This document shows positions 39,858 to 49,867 of a DNA stretch of 64,000 nt, piece after piece (position 1 is the first letter of the stretch; each line of letters opens with the position of its first letter). The stretch covers positions 130,526 to 194,525 of the forward strand of contig JBGSSW010000016.1 in NCBI GenBank assembly GCA_041736805.1, given 5' to 3'. The notes under the pieces were generated by a model that saw nothing but the letters and a program-made list of their open reading frames with translations, searched no databases and had not been told where the DNA came from. Origin of the DNA: Minisyncoccia bacterium (GTDB lineage Bacteria > Patescibacteriota > Minisyncoccia > Phycocordibacterales > UBA918). Made by a program: the position numbers and the translations under genes.

Positions 39858-39933
39858 GTTTACAAACCGTTCGACCGTCTCCCAGACTGTCTCACCTCTA
39901 CCAACTGAGCATCGACGGCATTACTTCCCTTTG
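39858..39933 (-). pseudogene. Degenerate duplicate of the tRNA-Thr 5' half plus leader, interrupted by a ~24-bp hairpin
   Basis: Minus strand CAAAGGGAAGTAAT-GCCGTCGATGCTCAGTTGGTAGAG-[GTGAGACAGTCTGGGAGACGGTCG]-AACGGTTTGTAAA versus the intact CAAAGGGAAGTATT-GCCATCTTAGCTCAGTTGGTAGAG-C-AACGGTTTTGTAAA. Confidence 0.75.
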
Positions 39934-40016
39934 CACTATCTTTGTCTTCTACTTCCGCGCCTGCTATTATGCCGGTTTTGAAAAAAATCGCAACTTTTTT
40001 ATCCAAAATTCTATCT

Positions 40017-40457
40017 TTATCCTCGCTCTAATTTTTTCTTGAGTAATTTCTTTTTTTGCGCCTCACTTAACGCTACGGAAGCTTTATGTTCTGCCACCTG
40101 ACTAAAATGTCCTCCGCTCTTAAAGAAAGAATTTTTTTCTAACTTAATTGCCCTTGCCCTATCTCTATTTCTTAAAAAGATTGTTTCTATTAAGTCGTAA
40201 GACTTAATCAGGGCCGTTAATATCAATCGTAGAGCTTTGTGAATACCGTAATACCAAGAAAGCTTTATAATATGTCGGCCTAAGTAGGTTAGTTTAGAAA
40301 ATAGAAAGTTAGAAACCCTTTCAATTAATCTGTCTAAAACACTCCTGACTCCAGATAATAAAAATCTAGACTCTCGGCTCTCCTCTCGGTAGATAAAATA
40401 GGCAAAAAAAGTAAATAGACTTAGGCTCAGAAGAAATACTGGTCCAATACCAAGCAT
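40017..40457 (-). CDS. Hypothetical membrane protein
   Basis: 146 aa with an N-terminal hydrophobic helix, directly downstream of tsf. Confidence 0.7.
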   Translation of the reverse strand: MLGIGPVFLLSLSLFTFFAYFIYREESRESRFLLSGVRSVLDRLIERVSNFLFSKLTYLGRHIIKLSWYYGIHKALRLILTALIKSYDLIETIFLRNRDRARAIKLEKNSFFKSGGHFSQVAEHKASVALSEAQKKKLLKKKLERG

Positions 40458-40463
40458 ATCTGA

Positions 40464-41048
40464 TTACTTTACTGAAAGACGTGAAATTTGGGCAATTGAA
40501 ATATTCTCTCCAAATTTTTGCACGGCCCCAGATACCATTTCACTAATAGTCATATCGGGGTTTTTAATGAAAGGTTGCTCCATCAAGATTTGTTCCTTAA
40601 AGTAAGAAGCCATTTTCCCTTCCAAGATTTTTGCCTGCATTTCTACAGGCTTACCTTCTACCTCGGTAGCAAAAACTTCCTCAGCCTTCTTCAAAGCCTC
40701 AGCGGGAACTTGGTCTTTATCTACATAGGTAGGATTAGTCGCCGCCACTTGCATAGCTATCTCCTTTGCTAAAGCCACAAACTCTTGATTTTTGGAAACA
40801 AAGTCTGTTTCACAAGCCAACATTACAAAAGCTGCTACTTCATTTGTATTGTGCACATAGGCTCCAATGGCCCCCGCTCCTAATTCACGGTCAGATTTTT
40901 TGTCCGCTGCTTCACTACGCTTTTTTTTCAAAATAATAACTGCCTTATCCATATCACCCTCAGCTTCTTCTAAAGCTCGCTTACACTGCATGACTGAAAT
41001 ACCTGTCTTGTCGCGGAGTTCCTTTATTTGGACTGATGTAATTTCCAT
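40464..41048 (-). CDS. tsf: Elongation factor Ts (short form)
   Basis: IKELRDKTG...CKRAL, CETDFV and IAMQVAA. Confidence 0.97.
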   Translation of the reverse strand: MEITSVQIKELRDKTGISVMQCKRALEEAEGDMDKAVIILKKKRSEAADKKSDRELGAGAIGAYVHNTNEVAAFVMLACETDFVSKNQEFVALAKEIAMQVAATNPTYVDKDQVPAEALKKAEEVFATEVEGKPVEMQAKILEGKMASYFKEQILMEQPFIKNPDMTISEMVSGAVQKFGENISIAQISRLSVK

Positions 41049-41129
41049 AATTGATGATGTTGATTATTTTTAGATAGAACAATATTTGGTTAGGTCAGCC
41101 ATCCTTAGCTCTAGTTCAGTAAAAACTGC

Positions 41130-41891
41130 TTATGCTCGAGCTACTGGTCTAGGTCGAACTTCTGTCTTAGGAGCAACTGGTTTAGCAACATAAGCTTCTT
41201 TACCTTCTAAAATCGAAGCCACTAGCTCGTCAAGTACCAGTTTAACACTTGCTTGGAGAGCATCATTTACTAATACTGGATAAGCGACTTCAGCCACATC
41301 GCAGTCTGAACTCATAATACCGATAATTGGTACCCGCATCTGTAGCGCTTCCTTCACTGCAATTGAATCATGTCGTGGGTCAACTACCACCATGAAATCT
41401 GGAGTCTTGGTAATTTTTCTGATACCAGAAAAATTATTTTCTAGTTTTGTTAGTTCGCGTGACAAAAGTAGTCTTTCTTTCTTTGTATACTTTCGCTCTA
41501 GTTCACCTGACTCTTGCTCTCGAACCAACTCTTCCATCCGCATAATCCGCTTTTTAATCTCAGGAAGATTTGTCATCATTCCACCAATCCAGCGATTTAC
41601 CACATATGGCATTTCAACTTTTGCAGCAGCAGCTTTGACACAAACAATGACCTCACTTTTTGTTCCTACAAAAAGAATATTCTTACCGTTCATAGCCGCT
41701 TCTTTCAAGACAGCCTTAGCATTAGCAATAAGCTCATTGGTTTGTTCGAGGTTAAAGATATCGTTGCCGTCTTTTGTTCCAAACAAAAAAGGCGTAACAG
41801 TTGGATGACGTCGGCTTTTTTTAAAGCCGAAGTGTGCACCTGCACCAAAAAGGCGCTCGATGAGTGATTGGTTGTTAGTTTGTGTTGACAT
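41130..41891 (-). CDS. rpsB: 30S ribosomal protein S2 (start revised to 41891)
   Basis: AGAHFG, ILFVGTK and RWIGGMMTN; rpsB-tsf order. Confidence 0.97.
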   Translation of the reverse strand: MSTQTNNQSLIERLFGAGAHFGFKKSRRHPTVTPFLFGTKDGNDIFNLEQTNELIANAKAVLKEAAMNGKNILFVGTKSEVIVCVKAAAAKVEMPYVVNRWIGGMMTNLPEIKKRIMRMEELVREQESGELERKYTKKERLLLSRELTKLENNFSGIRKITKTPDFMVVVDPRHDSIAVKEALQMRVPIIGIMSSDCDVAEVAYPVLVNDALQASVKLVLDELVASILEGKEAYVAKPVAPKTEVRPRPVARA

Positions 41892-41955
41892 AATTAATAC
41901 TAAGCAAAAAAGCGCACTGCGCTTAAGCCTCGAGAGCTTATCATATATGAAAAAC

Positions 41956-42939
41956 CTACGCAACTATCTCCCCTTCTCCTGAAGCGGCTTTTTCTAGGGC
42001 TTCAATGACAGCTTCTAGCTGACCTCCCATAATTCCTTCAATATTATGCCAAGACACTTTTATTCGATGGTCAGTAATACGGTTTTGAGGGAAATTGTAA
42101 GTTCTAATTTTTTCTGACCTGTCACCGGTTCCAATCTGGTTTTTTCTGACTGAAGCGTGTTTTTTGGCTTCAGCTTCCTCATGGGCAGCTTCCAACTTAG
42201 CCACCAAAATATTCATAGCCTTTTCACGGTTTTTTAGCTGTGAACGTTCTGTCTGACTACGAACCTCAATTCCGGTTGGTTTATGGACCAGGCGTACAGC
42301 AGTCTCAACCTTGTTGACATTTTGTCCTCCCGCTCCCCCAGAACGAGAAAATTCCATTTCAATGTCACTAGGATTTATTTCAATGGTTGGTTTTTTTCGA
42401 AGTGGCAAAATAGCGACTGAGGCAGTTGAGGTGTGAATCCGGCCAGCTTTTTCGGTTAAAGGAATGCGCTGTACACGGTGTACCCCCGTCTCAAAACGTA
42501 AGTCGTTATAAACCTTCGGGTTAATTATTTCAAAAATAGCTTCTTTATAACCTCCTGCCGTACCCGAAGACTCACTCTCTGTACTATAAGTCCAACCTTT
42601 AAGGGTAACGTACTGTAGGTACATTTGCGCTAATTCTTCAGCAAATAGAGCTGCCTCATCTCCCCCGGCTCCCGCTCTTACTTCGAGGACCACCCCGTAA
42701 GGCATCTCATCCTCTACTTTGGAGGCTTGAGCAATGCGCTGCAACTCTTCCCATAGAGCCATTTGTTGTATTTCTAAACCGGCCACTTCATCGGCTGCTA
42801 GTTCAGCCATCTCAGGGTCTTCAGCTGCCATTTCTTTAGCCGCGGCTATTTTGTTTCTTACCTCGTCAAATTGGCTCGCGGTAAATTGCGTTTTATGATT
42901 TTCTTTAAATGCTTGAATTTCTTCTTCGTTGTATTCCAT
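41956..42939 (-). CDS. prfA: Peptide chain release factor 1
   Basis: [21 protein letters not shown] (PxT) and GGQNVNK. Confidence 0.95.
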   Translation of the reverse strand: MEYNEEEIQAFKENHKTQFTASQFDEVRNKIAAAKEMAAEDPEMAELAADEVAGLEIQQMALWEELQRIAQASKVEDEMPYGVVLEVRAGAGGDEAALFAEELAQMYLQYVTLKGWTYSTESESSGTAGGYKEAIFEIINPKVYNDLRFETGVHRVQRIPLTEKAGRIHTSTASVAILPLRKKPTIEINPSDIEMEFSRSGGAGGQNVNKVETAVRLVHKPTGIEVRSQTERSQLKNREKAMNILVAKLEAAHEEAEAKKHASVRKNQIGTGDRSEKIRTYNFPQNRITDHRIKVSWHNIEGIMGGQLEAVIEALEKAASGEGEIVA

Positions 42940-43008
42940 AGATTTTTATAGTGTACACCAAAAACACAAAAGACCGCCCTTACTTAAAAGTAAGGGCGGT
43001 CTTTTTAC

Positions 43009-43278
43009 TTAACGCTTCTTCTTTCTCTCTCCAGCTAAAGCGGCTCGATTCTTGAAACGCTCTACCCGTCCGGCTGTGTCCATCACCTTCTCTTGTCCAG
43101 TATAAAATGGATGTGAAGCACTAGAAACATCAACAGCTGCCAGTGGATACTCATTACCATCTGTCCACTTATCTTTCTCTGTAGTATTTATAGTTGAACC
43201 GATTAAAAAACGCTCTCCGCTAGAGTTGTCCTTGAAGATTACCAATCTATAATTTTTTGGGTGAATATCAGCTTTCAT
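43009..43278 (-). CDS. rpmE: 50S ribosomal protein L31 (type B, Cys-free)
   Basis: MKADIHP.NY, DVSSASHPFYTG and GRVERF. Confidence 0.96.
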   Translation of the reverse strand: MKADIHPKNYRLVIFKDNSSGERFLIGSTINTTEKDKWTDGNEYPLAAVDVSSASHPFYTGQEKVMDTAGRVERFKNRAALAGERKKKR

Positions 43279-43361
43279 ATGTACGCGACACTATAACAAA
43301 TATCTATATTTTAGCAACTCATTTACTTAGCTATGCTTGGCTGCAGCCTCGATAACCATTA

Positions 43362-44726
43362 TTATAAAGCACTAATTACCTTAATGTCTCCATCTAGACG
43401 AGCCTTACGATTCATTACCTGGTCACCATAAAAAGCATTAGCAGGATTACTAGCTCCACCCCAGCCGGCATAATAGCGTAAAGCCGCCCTTCGATTATTG
43501 GCGTATGTCCCATCGGCTCCATTGTCACGTAACAGCAAAGCTGTAGCTATAAAGGCATCTTGGTTATTAAATGGATTAGCAGCTGCCCCACCATTTATAC
43601 GACGAATTGCGTCATCGTTTTGACTGTACGTCCAACCACTACCATTATTTACAATACCACCATAAATGGCCCAAGTGGATGGAATAAACTGAGATGGCCC
43701 CATTGCCCCACCCCAGCCATAACGCTCACCATTTGAAGTGATTGGGCAAGATACCTGTTTGGTTCTTGGTTCAAAACCTTGAATTTTGGAGATCGCGACA
43801 AAGATAGGAGCATCTCGGTCTGGGTGCATAACTTCTTTGCCTCCCCGCAAATCATTATAAATACACGAACCCAGGTTTGACCCCAAGTTTGTTTCTTGTT
43901 CCAAAATAGCCAAAATCATCCCGGCTTCTACACCAGTTTGCCTAGAGGCATACTTTGCTAACTCAACCGCTTGCGGAAAAGGAATACCTCCCCCACCTCC
44001 TAGAAGTTGGAAAAGTGCATTACGAAGTTGAGCGGCTGTCTTTTGCTGCGATTCAAGTAATTGTTGATAAGCTTTTTCTTCTCCTTTAGTCACAGTCAAG
44101 ATTTGAGCTTTTTCCTTTTCCTTTCTTTCAATCCCCTTTTTTTCTAACTCTTGAATTCTTTTCATCTCCGCTTCAGTTTCTTGTTTTGAGGCTAGTTGGT
44201 CTTTTTGGTTTAAGGTATCTCTTTGAATAGAATGTAAACCCGTCAAGGAATCATTGAGAGATTCTTTTAATGAGTTAAAGATAGCCACATCGGTGAAGAA
44301 CTCTGAAAAACTCTGTCGGCTAAGCATTACTTCTACTAGTGAGTAATCATTTATTAAAGCCGACTTGCGCACCAAATCTGCCAGTGCTTCACGTTGACTC
44401 TTCAGCTTATCCTCTAGAATTGATAACACTGTCTCTTTTTCACCAATCTGGTCAGTCAGTTGTATAATAGCTACTGAACGTGCCTGAATCCCTAGCTGCG
44501 CCTGTTTGATTTGTCCTTCAATCAAAGAAACGTCACGTTCCAAAGACTGCCTCTCTAACTGCTTATCTTCCACCAACCTACTTTGAGTTAAAATCTGTCT
44601 TTCAACTACTTGTAATTCTGCTTCTAGCCTACTCCTTCTTTCAGTTTCGGTTTCGGCGTGAACAAGTAAAATAGGTAAAAAAAGCAACAAAAAATAGGAG
44701 CTCTTTTTAAAAACTTTCATCATCAC
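43362..44726 (-). CDS. Secreted coiled-coil protein with a C-terminal lytic-transglycosylase-like domain
   Basis: Signal peptide, long coiled coil, ILAILEQET (catalytic Glu) and GGAMGPSQFIPSTW. Confidence 0.85.
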   Translation of the reverse strand: MMMKVFKKSSYFLLLFLPILLVHAETETERRSRLEAELQVVERQILTQSRLVEDKQLERQSLERDVSLIEGQIKQAQLGIQARSVAIIQLTDQIGEKETVLSILEDKLKSQREALADLVRKSALINDYSLVEVMLSRQSFSEFFTDVAIFNSLKESLNDSLTGLHSIQRDTLNQKDQLASKQETEAEMKRIQELEKKGIERKEKEKAQILTVTKGEEKAYQQLLESQQKTAAQLRNALFQLLGGGGGIPFPQAVELAKYASRQTGVEAGMILAILEQETNLGSNLGSCIYNDLRGGKEVMHPDRDAPIFVAISKIQGFEPRTKQVSCPITSNGERYGWGGAMGPSQFIPSTWAIYGGIVNNGSGWTYSQNDDAIRRINGGAAANPFNNQDAFIATALLLRDNGADGTYANNRRAALRYYAGWGGASNPANAFYGDQVMNRKARLDGDIKVISAL

Positions 44727-44808
44727 AGTAGTATAACAAACTTTTAGATAAACAAGAGGGCTGTGACTTATTGAGTCACAGCCCTCTTGTTATTACTATA
44801 GATTTAAC

Positions 44809-45438
44809 CTACTCTGCAGCCACTTCATCTTCCTTACCCTTCTTTTCGACCGGAACGTCGGCTGCGGCTACTGTCTCAACTTCCTGTTCAACTTCTTCAG
44901 CGATAATTTCCGCTACAGCCACCACGTCATTTGCATCTTGCATAATTTTAACTCCTTTGGGACAAACTATATCTGAGATATGAATTTTATCCTCTGCAAG
45001 AGCAAGGGTGCTTAAATCTACCTCAATAAACGGCGGTAAGTTGCTTGGATTACAAACAATACTAACCTCATGAAGCACTTTATTAATCACAGCACCAAGC
45101 TTTTCTGCCGGAGCGACGTTTACAAAGTGAAGCTGGACATCTGTATTCATTTCCTTACCCATCTCCAGCGCGTAGAAATCAACATGAATAATCCCTCCCT
45201 TAATGGGAGCAAAGACCACTTCCTTGACCAATACCTGTACTGGTTCTTTGAGTCCTTGTAGTTCAATAATAGTTGACTCCCCGGCTGTTTTAAAAGTTTT
45301 TTCAAATACTTTTCGATCTAATCGGATTGGTGTCGTTGGAAACTTCGGACCATAGACCACCGCTGATATCCCTTCGGCTGATTTAATTTTAGCTCCCTCT
45401 CCCTTGATTCTTGGCTCAACTGGCAATATTACTGTCAT
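44809..45438 (-). CDS. rplY: 50S ribosomal protein L25/Ctc (start revised to 45438)
   Basis: AVVYGP, IIHVDFY and P.NLP.FIEVDLS. Confidence 0.93.
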   Translation of the reverse strand: MTVILPVEPRIKGEGAKIKSAEGISAVVYGPKFPTTPIRLDRKVFEKTFKTAGESTIIELQGLKEPVQVLVKEVVFAPIKGGIIHVDFYALEMGKEMNTDVQLHFVNVAPAEKLGAVINKVLHEVSIVCNPSNLPPFIEVDLSTLALAEDKIHISDIVCPKGVKIMQDANDVVAVAEIIAEEVEQEVETVAAADVPVEKKGKEDEVAAE

Positions 45439-45526
45439 ATATTTAAACGATATCACAAATATCTTTTCCGCACTACTCCCCACAACTAAAGGATTGATTC
45501 AACTGACAGTGTTACAATCTAATTAT

Positions 45527-46534
45527 ATGTCAGAAGAACAATATGATTTCGTGGCAATCGGTGACATTGTCATAGACGCTTTTATTCAACTTAACAAAGA
45601 TGCAGCCGATGTAAGTAAGGATATGGACACGGGGCGACAAACCCTGCACATGCCTTTTGGTAACAAACTACAATATGATGATGTTGTCGTTGTAAACGCA
45701 GTTGGTAATTCACCCAATGCCGCTGTTTCTGCTCATCGTCTAGGTCTAAAGACAGCCTTAGTGGCTAGTCTAGGACAAGACCGTAACGGTAAGGACTGTC
45801 TCGAGACTCTGCGTACAGAAGGTGTCCATACCGACTATGTAAAATTGTTTGAAGGCAAGGAAACAAATTATCATTACGTTTTGCGCTATGGCCCAGAACG
45901 AACAATTCTAATTAAGCACGAAAAGTTTCCTTACACGCTGCCTGATTTTCAGGTTCCACCAAGGTATTTATATTTCTCTTCAATTGGAGAACATGGTTTA
46001 CCTTTTCACTTTGAAATCGCTCAATACGTCAAAGAACACGGTTCAAAACTAGTCTTCCAGCCCGGTACTTTCCAAATTAAATTAGGTTACGAAGCCTTAA
46101 AAGAACTCTACTTAGTAACCGAGATATTTTTCTGCAATTTGGAAGAGGCTCAGGAGATTCTTCAAACTGACGAACAACATGTTCCCACTTTGCTTAGAAA
46201 ATTTAAAGAGCTAGGGCCAAAACTGCCAGTTATCACTGATGGTCCAAATGGCGCCTATGTAGTTGATGAAGAAGACCAAGCTTGGCATATGCCGATGTAT
46301 CCAGACCCAGCTCCACCAGTTGACCGTACTGGCGCCGGAGACTCCTTTTCTTCAACTTTCACTGCTGCTATTGCTATGGGTAAGACACCAGCCGAAGCTT
46401 TGACTTGGGGTCCAGTAAATTCTATGTCGGTTGTCCAATATGTGGGAGCTCAAAAAGGACTTTTGACCCAAGAAGAATTACAAAAATATCTGGCTCAAAA
46501 ACCAGCTGAATACGAAGCCAAAAAAATTGATTAA
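45527..46534 (+). CDS. PfkB-family carbohydrate kinase (start revised to 45527)
   Basis: GNSPNAAVSAHRLG, ITDGPNGA and VDRTGAGDSF. Confidence 0.92.
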   Translation: MSEEQYDFVAIGDIVIDAFIQLNKDAADVSKDMDTGRQTLHMPFGNKLQYDDVVVVNAVGNSPNAAVSAHRLGLKTALVASLGQDRNGKDCLETLRTEGVHTDYVKLFEGKETNYHYVLRYGPERTILIKHEKFPYTLPDFQVPPRYLYFSSIGEHGLPFHFEIAQYVKEHGSKLVFQPGTFQIKLGYEALKELYLVTEIFFCNLEEAQEILQTDEQHVPTLLRKFKELGPKLPVITDGPNGAYVVDEEDQAWHMPMYPDPAPPVDRTGAGDSFSSTFTAAIAMGKTPAEALTWGPVNSMSVVQYVGAQKGLLTQEELQKYLAQKPAEYEAKKID

Positions 46535-46599
46535 GTAATATAAACAAAAAGCCGCCGACTTAAAAGTCGGCGGCGTTTTGTTTTAGTCTCCCTAAAAAA

Positions 46600-47589
46600 T
46601 TAATCTTTCAAAGCTGAGTGTGCGGCCACCATGATACCCTGCACTCCCATGCCATAATGTTCTATTAGTTCCTCAGGCTCCCCTGATTGTCCAAACTGGT
46701 CATCAACTCCGACTCTAACAGTTTTAATTGGTAAAGCTTCACTTAAGTACTCTGTCACTGCCCCACCCAAGCCGCCGGCCCTTTGGTGCTCTTCAACAGT
46801 AACGAGACCATCATGTTCTTTAGCTAATTTTAACAAAGCCTCAGTATCAAGTGGTTTAATGGTTGGCATATGCAGGACGGTAACCCCAATTCCCTCCTCC
46901 TCTAGCGTCTTAGCCGCTTTTAAAGCGTTAAAAAGCAATGTTCCAGTAACTACGATTCCAACCGATTTTTCAAAATCCGTATTCTTACTATACATTACAA
47001 CCGCTTTACCAATTTCAAACGGAGACTCCGGAGTGGTGACCACTGGTGTATTACTTCGCCCGACTCTAATATAAACCGGTCCTTCATATTTGGCAGCAGC
47101 CAAAACTGCTTTCCTAGCTTCATGCACATCGGCTGGAGCAATTACTATCATCTTTGGGACAACTCTCATTAGAGCAATGTCTTCTATGGCCTGGTGAGTA
47201 GCTCCATCAGGACCAACGGAAACTCCAGCATGAGCGCCAATAATTTTTACATTACTTTCATTGTAAGCAATGGTTGTTCTTATTTGTTCCCAATTCCTGC
47301 CTGGTGAAAACATGGCGTAAGAAGCGATGAAAGGTACCTTACCCATGGCTGACATTCCTGAAGCCACGGAGGCCATATTTTGTTCGGTGATTCCCACTTG
47401 GATAAATCTATCAGGATAAGCTTCAGCAAAAGGTAAGGTTCGAGTAGATTCAGTTAAGTCTGCGCAAAGGGCGACCACGTTCGTATCTCTCTTAGCTGCT
47501 TCAAACAGGCCCTCACCATAGCCGTTACGGCTTGGCAAACTATCCATCTCTTCAGTATCAAACTTTTTGTCAATGTGAGGTGCGAGCAT
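46600..47589 (-). CDS. tkt: Transketolase, C-terminal subunit
   Basis: GITEQNM, GPDGATHQ and EEHQ..GGLG. Confidence 0.95.
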   Translation of the reverse strand: MLAPHIDKKFDTEEMDSLPSRNGYGEGLFEAAKRDTNVVALCADLTESTRTLPFAEAYPDRFIQVGITEQNMASVASGMSAMGKVPFIASYAMFSPGRNWEQIRTTIAYNESNVKIIGAHAGVSVGPDGATHQAIEDIALMRVVPKMIVIAPADVHEARKAVLAAAKYEGPVYIRVGRSNTPVVTTPESPFEIGKAVVMYSKNTDFEKSVGIVVTGTLLFNALKAAKTLEEEGIGVTVLHMPTIKPLDTEALLKLAKEHDGLVTVEEHQRAGGLGGAVTEYLSEALPIKTVRVGVDDQFGQSGEPEELIEHYGMGVQGIMVAAHSALKD

Positions 47590-47629
47590 AATGAATTAAA
47601 TAAATAGAAATAAAAATGAGAAACTTAGA

Positions 47630-47733
47630 AAAATGAATAAAGTTCGTGGCAGACGAGAGGAATACTCATGAGGCATATGTGGATATATGTTGAATGATAT
47701 TTCGCGAAGACTAAAGAAAAAGTTTGCCATTTT
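47630..47733. repeat. ~104-bp structured intergenic element, copy B
   Basis: AAAATGAATAAAGTTCGTGGC...GAGGCATAT..ATATGTTGA...TTTGCCATTTT; homologous to 35899-36000. Confidence 0.8.
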
Positions 47734-47734
47734 A

Positions 47735-48631
47735 CTAAGTTATATCCTCTTTAGAGATTAATCCGGCCAGAGTGCGCAGCTTTTCTAAAGCTACCTCGAC
47801 TTGCTTGTTCTTGGGAACTTTATCTTCCGGTCCCTTGCCTGGGGGATTGCCGTGCCAACGAAAGTCTCGTTCAAAAACATCCACTCCTTTAGAAGCAATG
47901 GTATGAGCAATGATAAGTGATGGTTGACTGTAGACGGCTTGAGCTTTTCCAATCGCATCATTGACTGCCCTCATGTTGTGTCCATCTACTTCTTGGACGT
48001 CAAAGTTAAAAGCTTCGAATTTTTCTGCTAGTGGTTCAAGTGGCATGACATCCTTAGTGTAACCATCAATTTGAATTCCATTTCTATCAACAATCACAAT
48101 TAAATTATGTAGTTTCTCCTTACCTGCTAGTAAGGCAGCCTCCCAAATCTGACCTTCATTAAGTTCTCCATCTCCAGTTAAGCAATATATATATTTTGAT
48201 GAGTATGGATTATCAATCCTTTCCGCCAAAGCCATCCCAACAGCTTGTGATAGTCCAGACCCTAAAGGTCCTGAAGTAGTCTCTAAACCAGGTAAGGCCG
48301 TCCGGTGTGGATGTCCTTGTAAACGAGTACCAAACTTACGTAGTGTAAGTAACTCCTCCACCGGAAAATAGCCGGCATGGGCTAGTGTTGCATATAAAAC
48401 CGGACAGATATGACCATTAGAAAGTATCAATCTATCTCGATCAGGCCAAAGTGGATTCTTAGCATCATGCTGCAAGACTTTAAAATAAAGCAAGGTAAAG
48501 ATATCAGCCATTCCCAAAGGCCCAGCTGTGTGACCACTGCCAGCGGCGACAAGCATCTCAATAATACTCTGCCGAATCTGATTGGCTTTTAATTCTAAAA
48601 AATTTACTTCTTTTGAGGTTAGATAATGCAT
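47735..48631 (-). CDS. tkt: Transketolase, N-terminal subunit (start revised to 48631)
   Basis: GSGH, RDRLILSNGH, LQGHP and GDGELNEG (TPP motif). Confidence 0.95.
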   Translation of the reverse strand: MHYLTSKEVNFLELKANQIRQSIIEMLVAAGSGHTAGPLGMADIFTLLYFKVLQHDAKNPLWPDRDRLILSNGHICPVLYATLAHAGYFPVEELLTLRKFGTRLQGHPHRTALPGLETTSGPLGSGLSQAVGMALAERIDNPYSSKYIYCLTGDGELNEGQIWEAALLAGKEKLHNLIVIVDRNGIQIDGYTKDVMPLEPLAEKFEAFNFDVQEVDGHNMRAVNDAIGKAQAVYSQPSLIIAHTIASKGVDVFERDFRWHGNPPGKGPEDKVPKNKQVEVALEKLRTLAGLISKEDIT

Positions 48632-48727
48632 ATTGAACCCTAGTAGTATAACAGTAGCTAGTGCAGAAGTGGTAGTCGTATCATCCACAATTCTGTCCTA
48701 AGCCAGGAATTTTATCAATAAATCTAC

Positions 48728-49375
48728 TTAACTAATTATTTTTTGTAATTCAGTATGGGCCAAACGAGGGTTGTCGGTTCCCACAATAGCTGAGCCACAA
48801 ATAAACCTGTCTGCCCCAGCCATCGCTATTCTAGCAATAGTATTTTTATTGACACTTCCGTCAACGGTAATTGAATGTTTAGGAAAGCTTTTTCTTAATT
48901 CCGCTATGCGCTCAAATAACCTCTCATCGAGCGGTAGTCCCTGAGCACCGATTTTAGCAATTCCCATTAACTGAATGTAATCGGCCACTTCTACGTAAGA
49001 TTTTAGCGTATCAATTGAAGTGTCATTTGAAGCAGATATTCCAATCGAAATTTTGGAATTATCTACGAAGCGTTTAAAAGCCTCTAGATTAATTGTCTCA
49101 GTATGAAAGACCAACATATCCGCTCCAGCCTCAAGCCAAGCATCGGCTGCCTCAAGGGGCTTTTCCACCATCAAGTCTACCTCAAGGGTAAAACTGTCAG
49201 TTATTTGGCGGACATCTTTTGGTATCCCCACTGGATAATAAGGCCAAGAACTAAACGGTACAAATTTTCCATCTACCACATCAATATGTATTTCTGGTGA
49301 AAAAAGTAACTTCGGCAAAAGCGCCTCGATTTGCTTGGCTGAAGTTGGAATAATGGCGGGTACAATTGGAATCAT
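48728..49375 (-). CDS. rpe: Ribulose-phosphate 3-epimerase
   Basis: HIDVVDGKFVP, EVDLMV, QLMG and VDGSV. Confidence 0.9.
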   Translation of the reverse strand: MIPIVPAIIPTSAKQIEALLPKLLFSPEIHIDVVDGKFVPFSSWPYYPVGIPKDVRQITDSFTLEVDLMVEKPLEAADAWLEAGADMLVFHTETINLEAFKRFVDNSKISIGISASNDTSIDTLKSYVEVADYIQLMGIAKIGAQGLPLDERLFERIAELRKSFPKHSITVDGSVNKNTIARIAMAGADRFICGSAIVGTDNPRLAHTELQKIIS

Positions 49376-49860
49376 AGACGATGAATTTCTTTAGCGATAG
49401 ATTGAATCTTTAAGTTACGACGACGATATTTTTCATCTTCAAGTACACTGCCTTGGAGCCATTCCCAAATCACTTCTTTAGTCTCATCCACATCAACAAA
49501 CCTGGCCCCGATAGATAAGATGTTGGCGTCGTTGTGCGCTCGCGATAATTTAATTATTTCCTTATTACCACCATAGTAAACGGTTGCTCTCACATTTGGA
49601 TAGCGATTGGCCATCATTGCTTCCCCTTCCCCCGAGGCACCAAAGATTATCCCCCAAGAACCTTCTGGATTTTGATTAACCGCCTGCGCGGCTAATTTAA
49701 TGAAATCAGGAAAATCATCCTCGGCCTCGTAAATTTTTGCTCCATAATCAATCACCTCATATCCATTCTCCTTCAACCATTCTCTTACCAATTCCTTATG
49801 TTCAAAGCCCGCATGATCTGTGGCTAAATGAATTATTTTGGTTTTAGATTGAGAAGACAT
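49372..49860 (-). CDS. rpiB: Ribose-5-phosphate isomerase B
   Basis: TDHAG and SRAHNDANILSIGAR. Confidence 0.93.
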   Translation of the reverse strand: MSSQSKTKIIHLATDHAGFEHKELVREWLKENGYEVIDYGAKIYEAEDDFPDFIKLAAQAVNQNPEGSWGIIFGASGEGEAMMANRYPNVRATVYYGGNKEIIKLSRAHNDANILSIGARFVDVDETKEVIWEWLQGSVLEDEKYRRRNLKIQSIAKEIHRL

Positions 49861-49867
49861 GTGCTAT

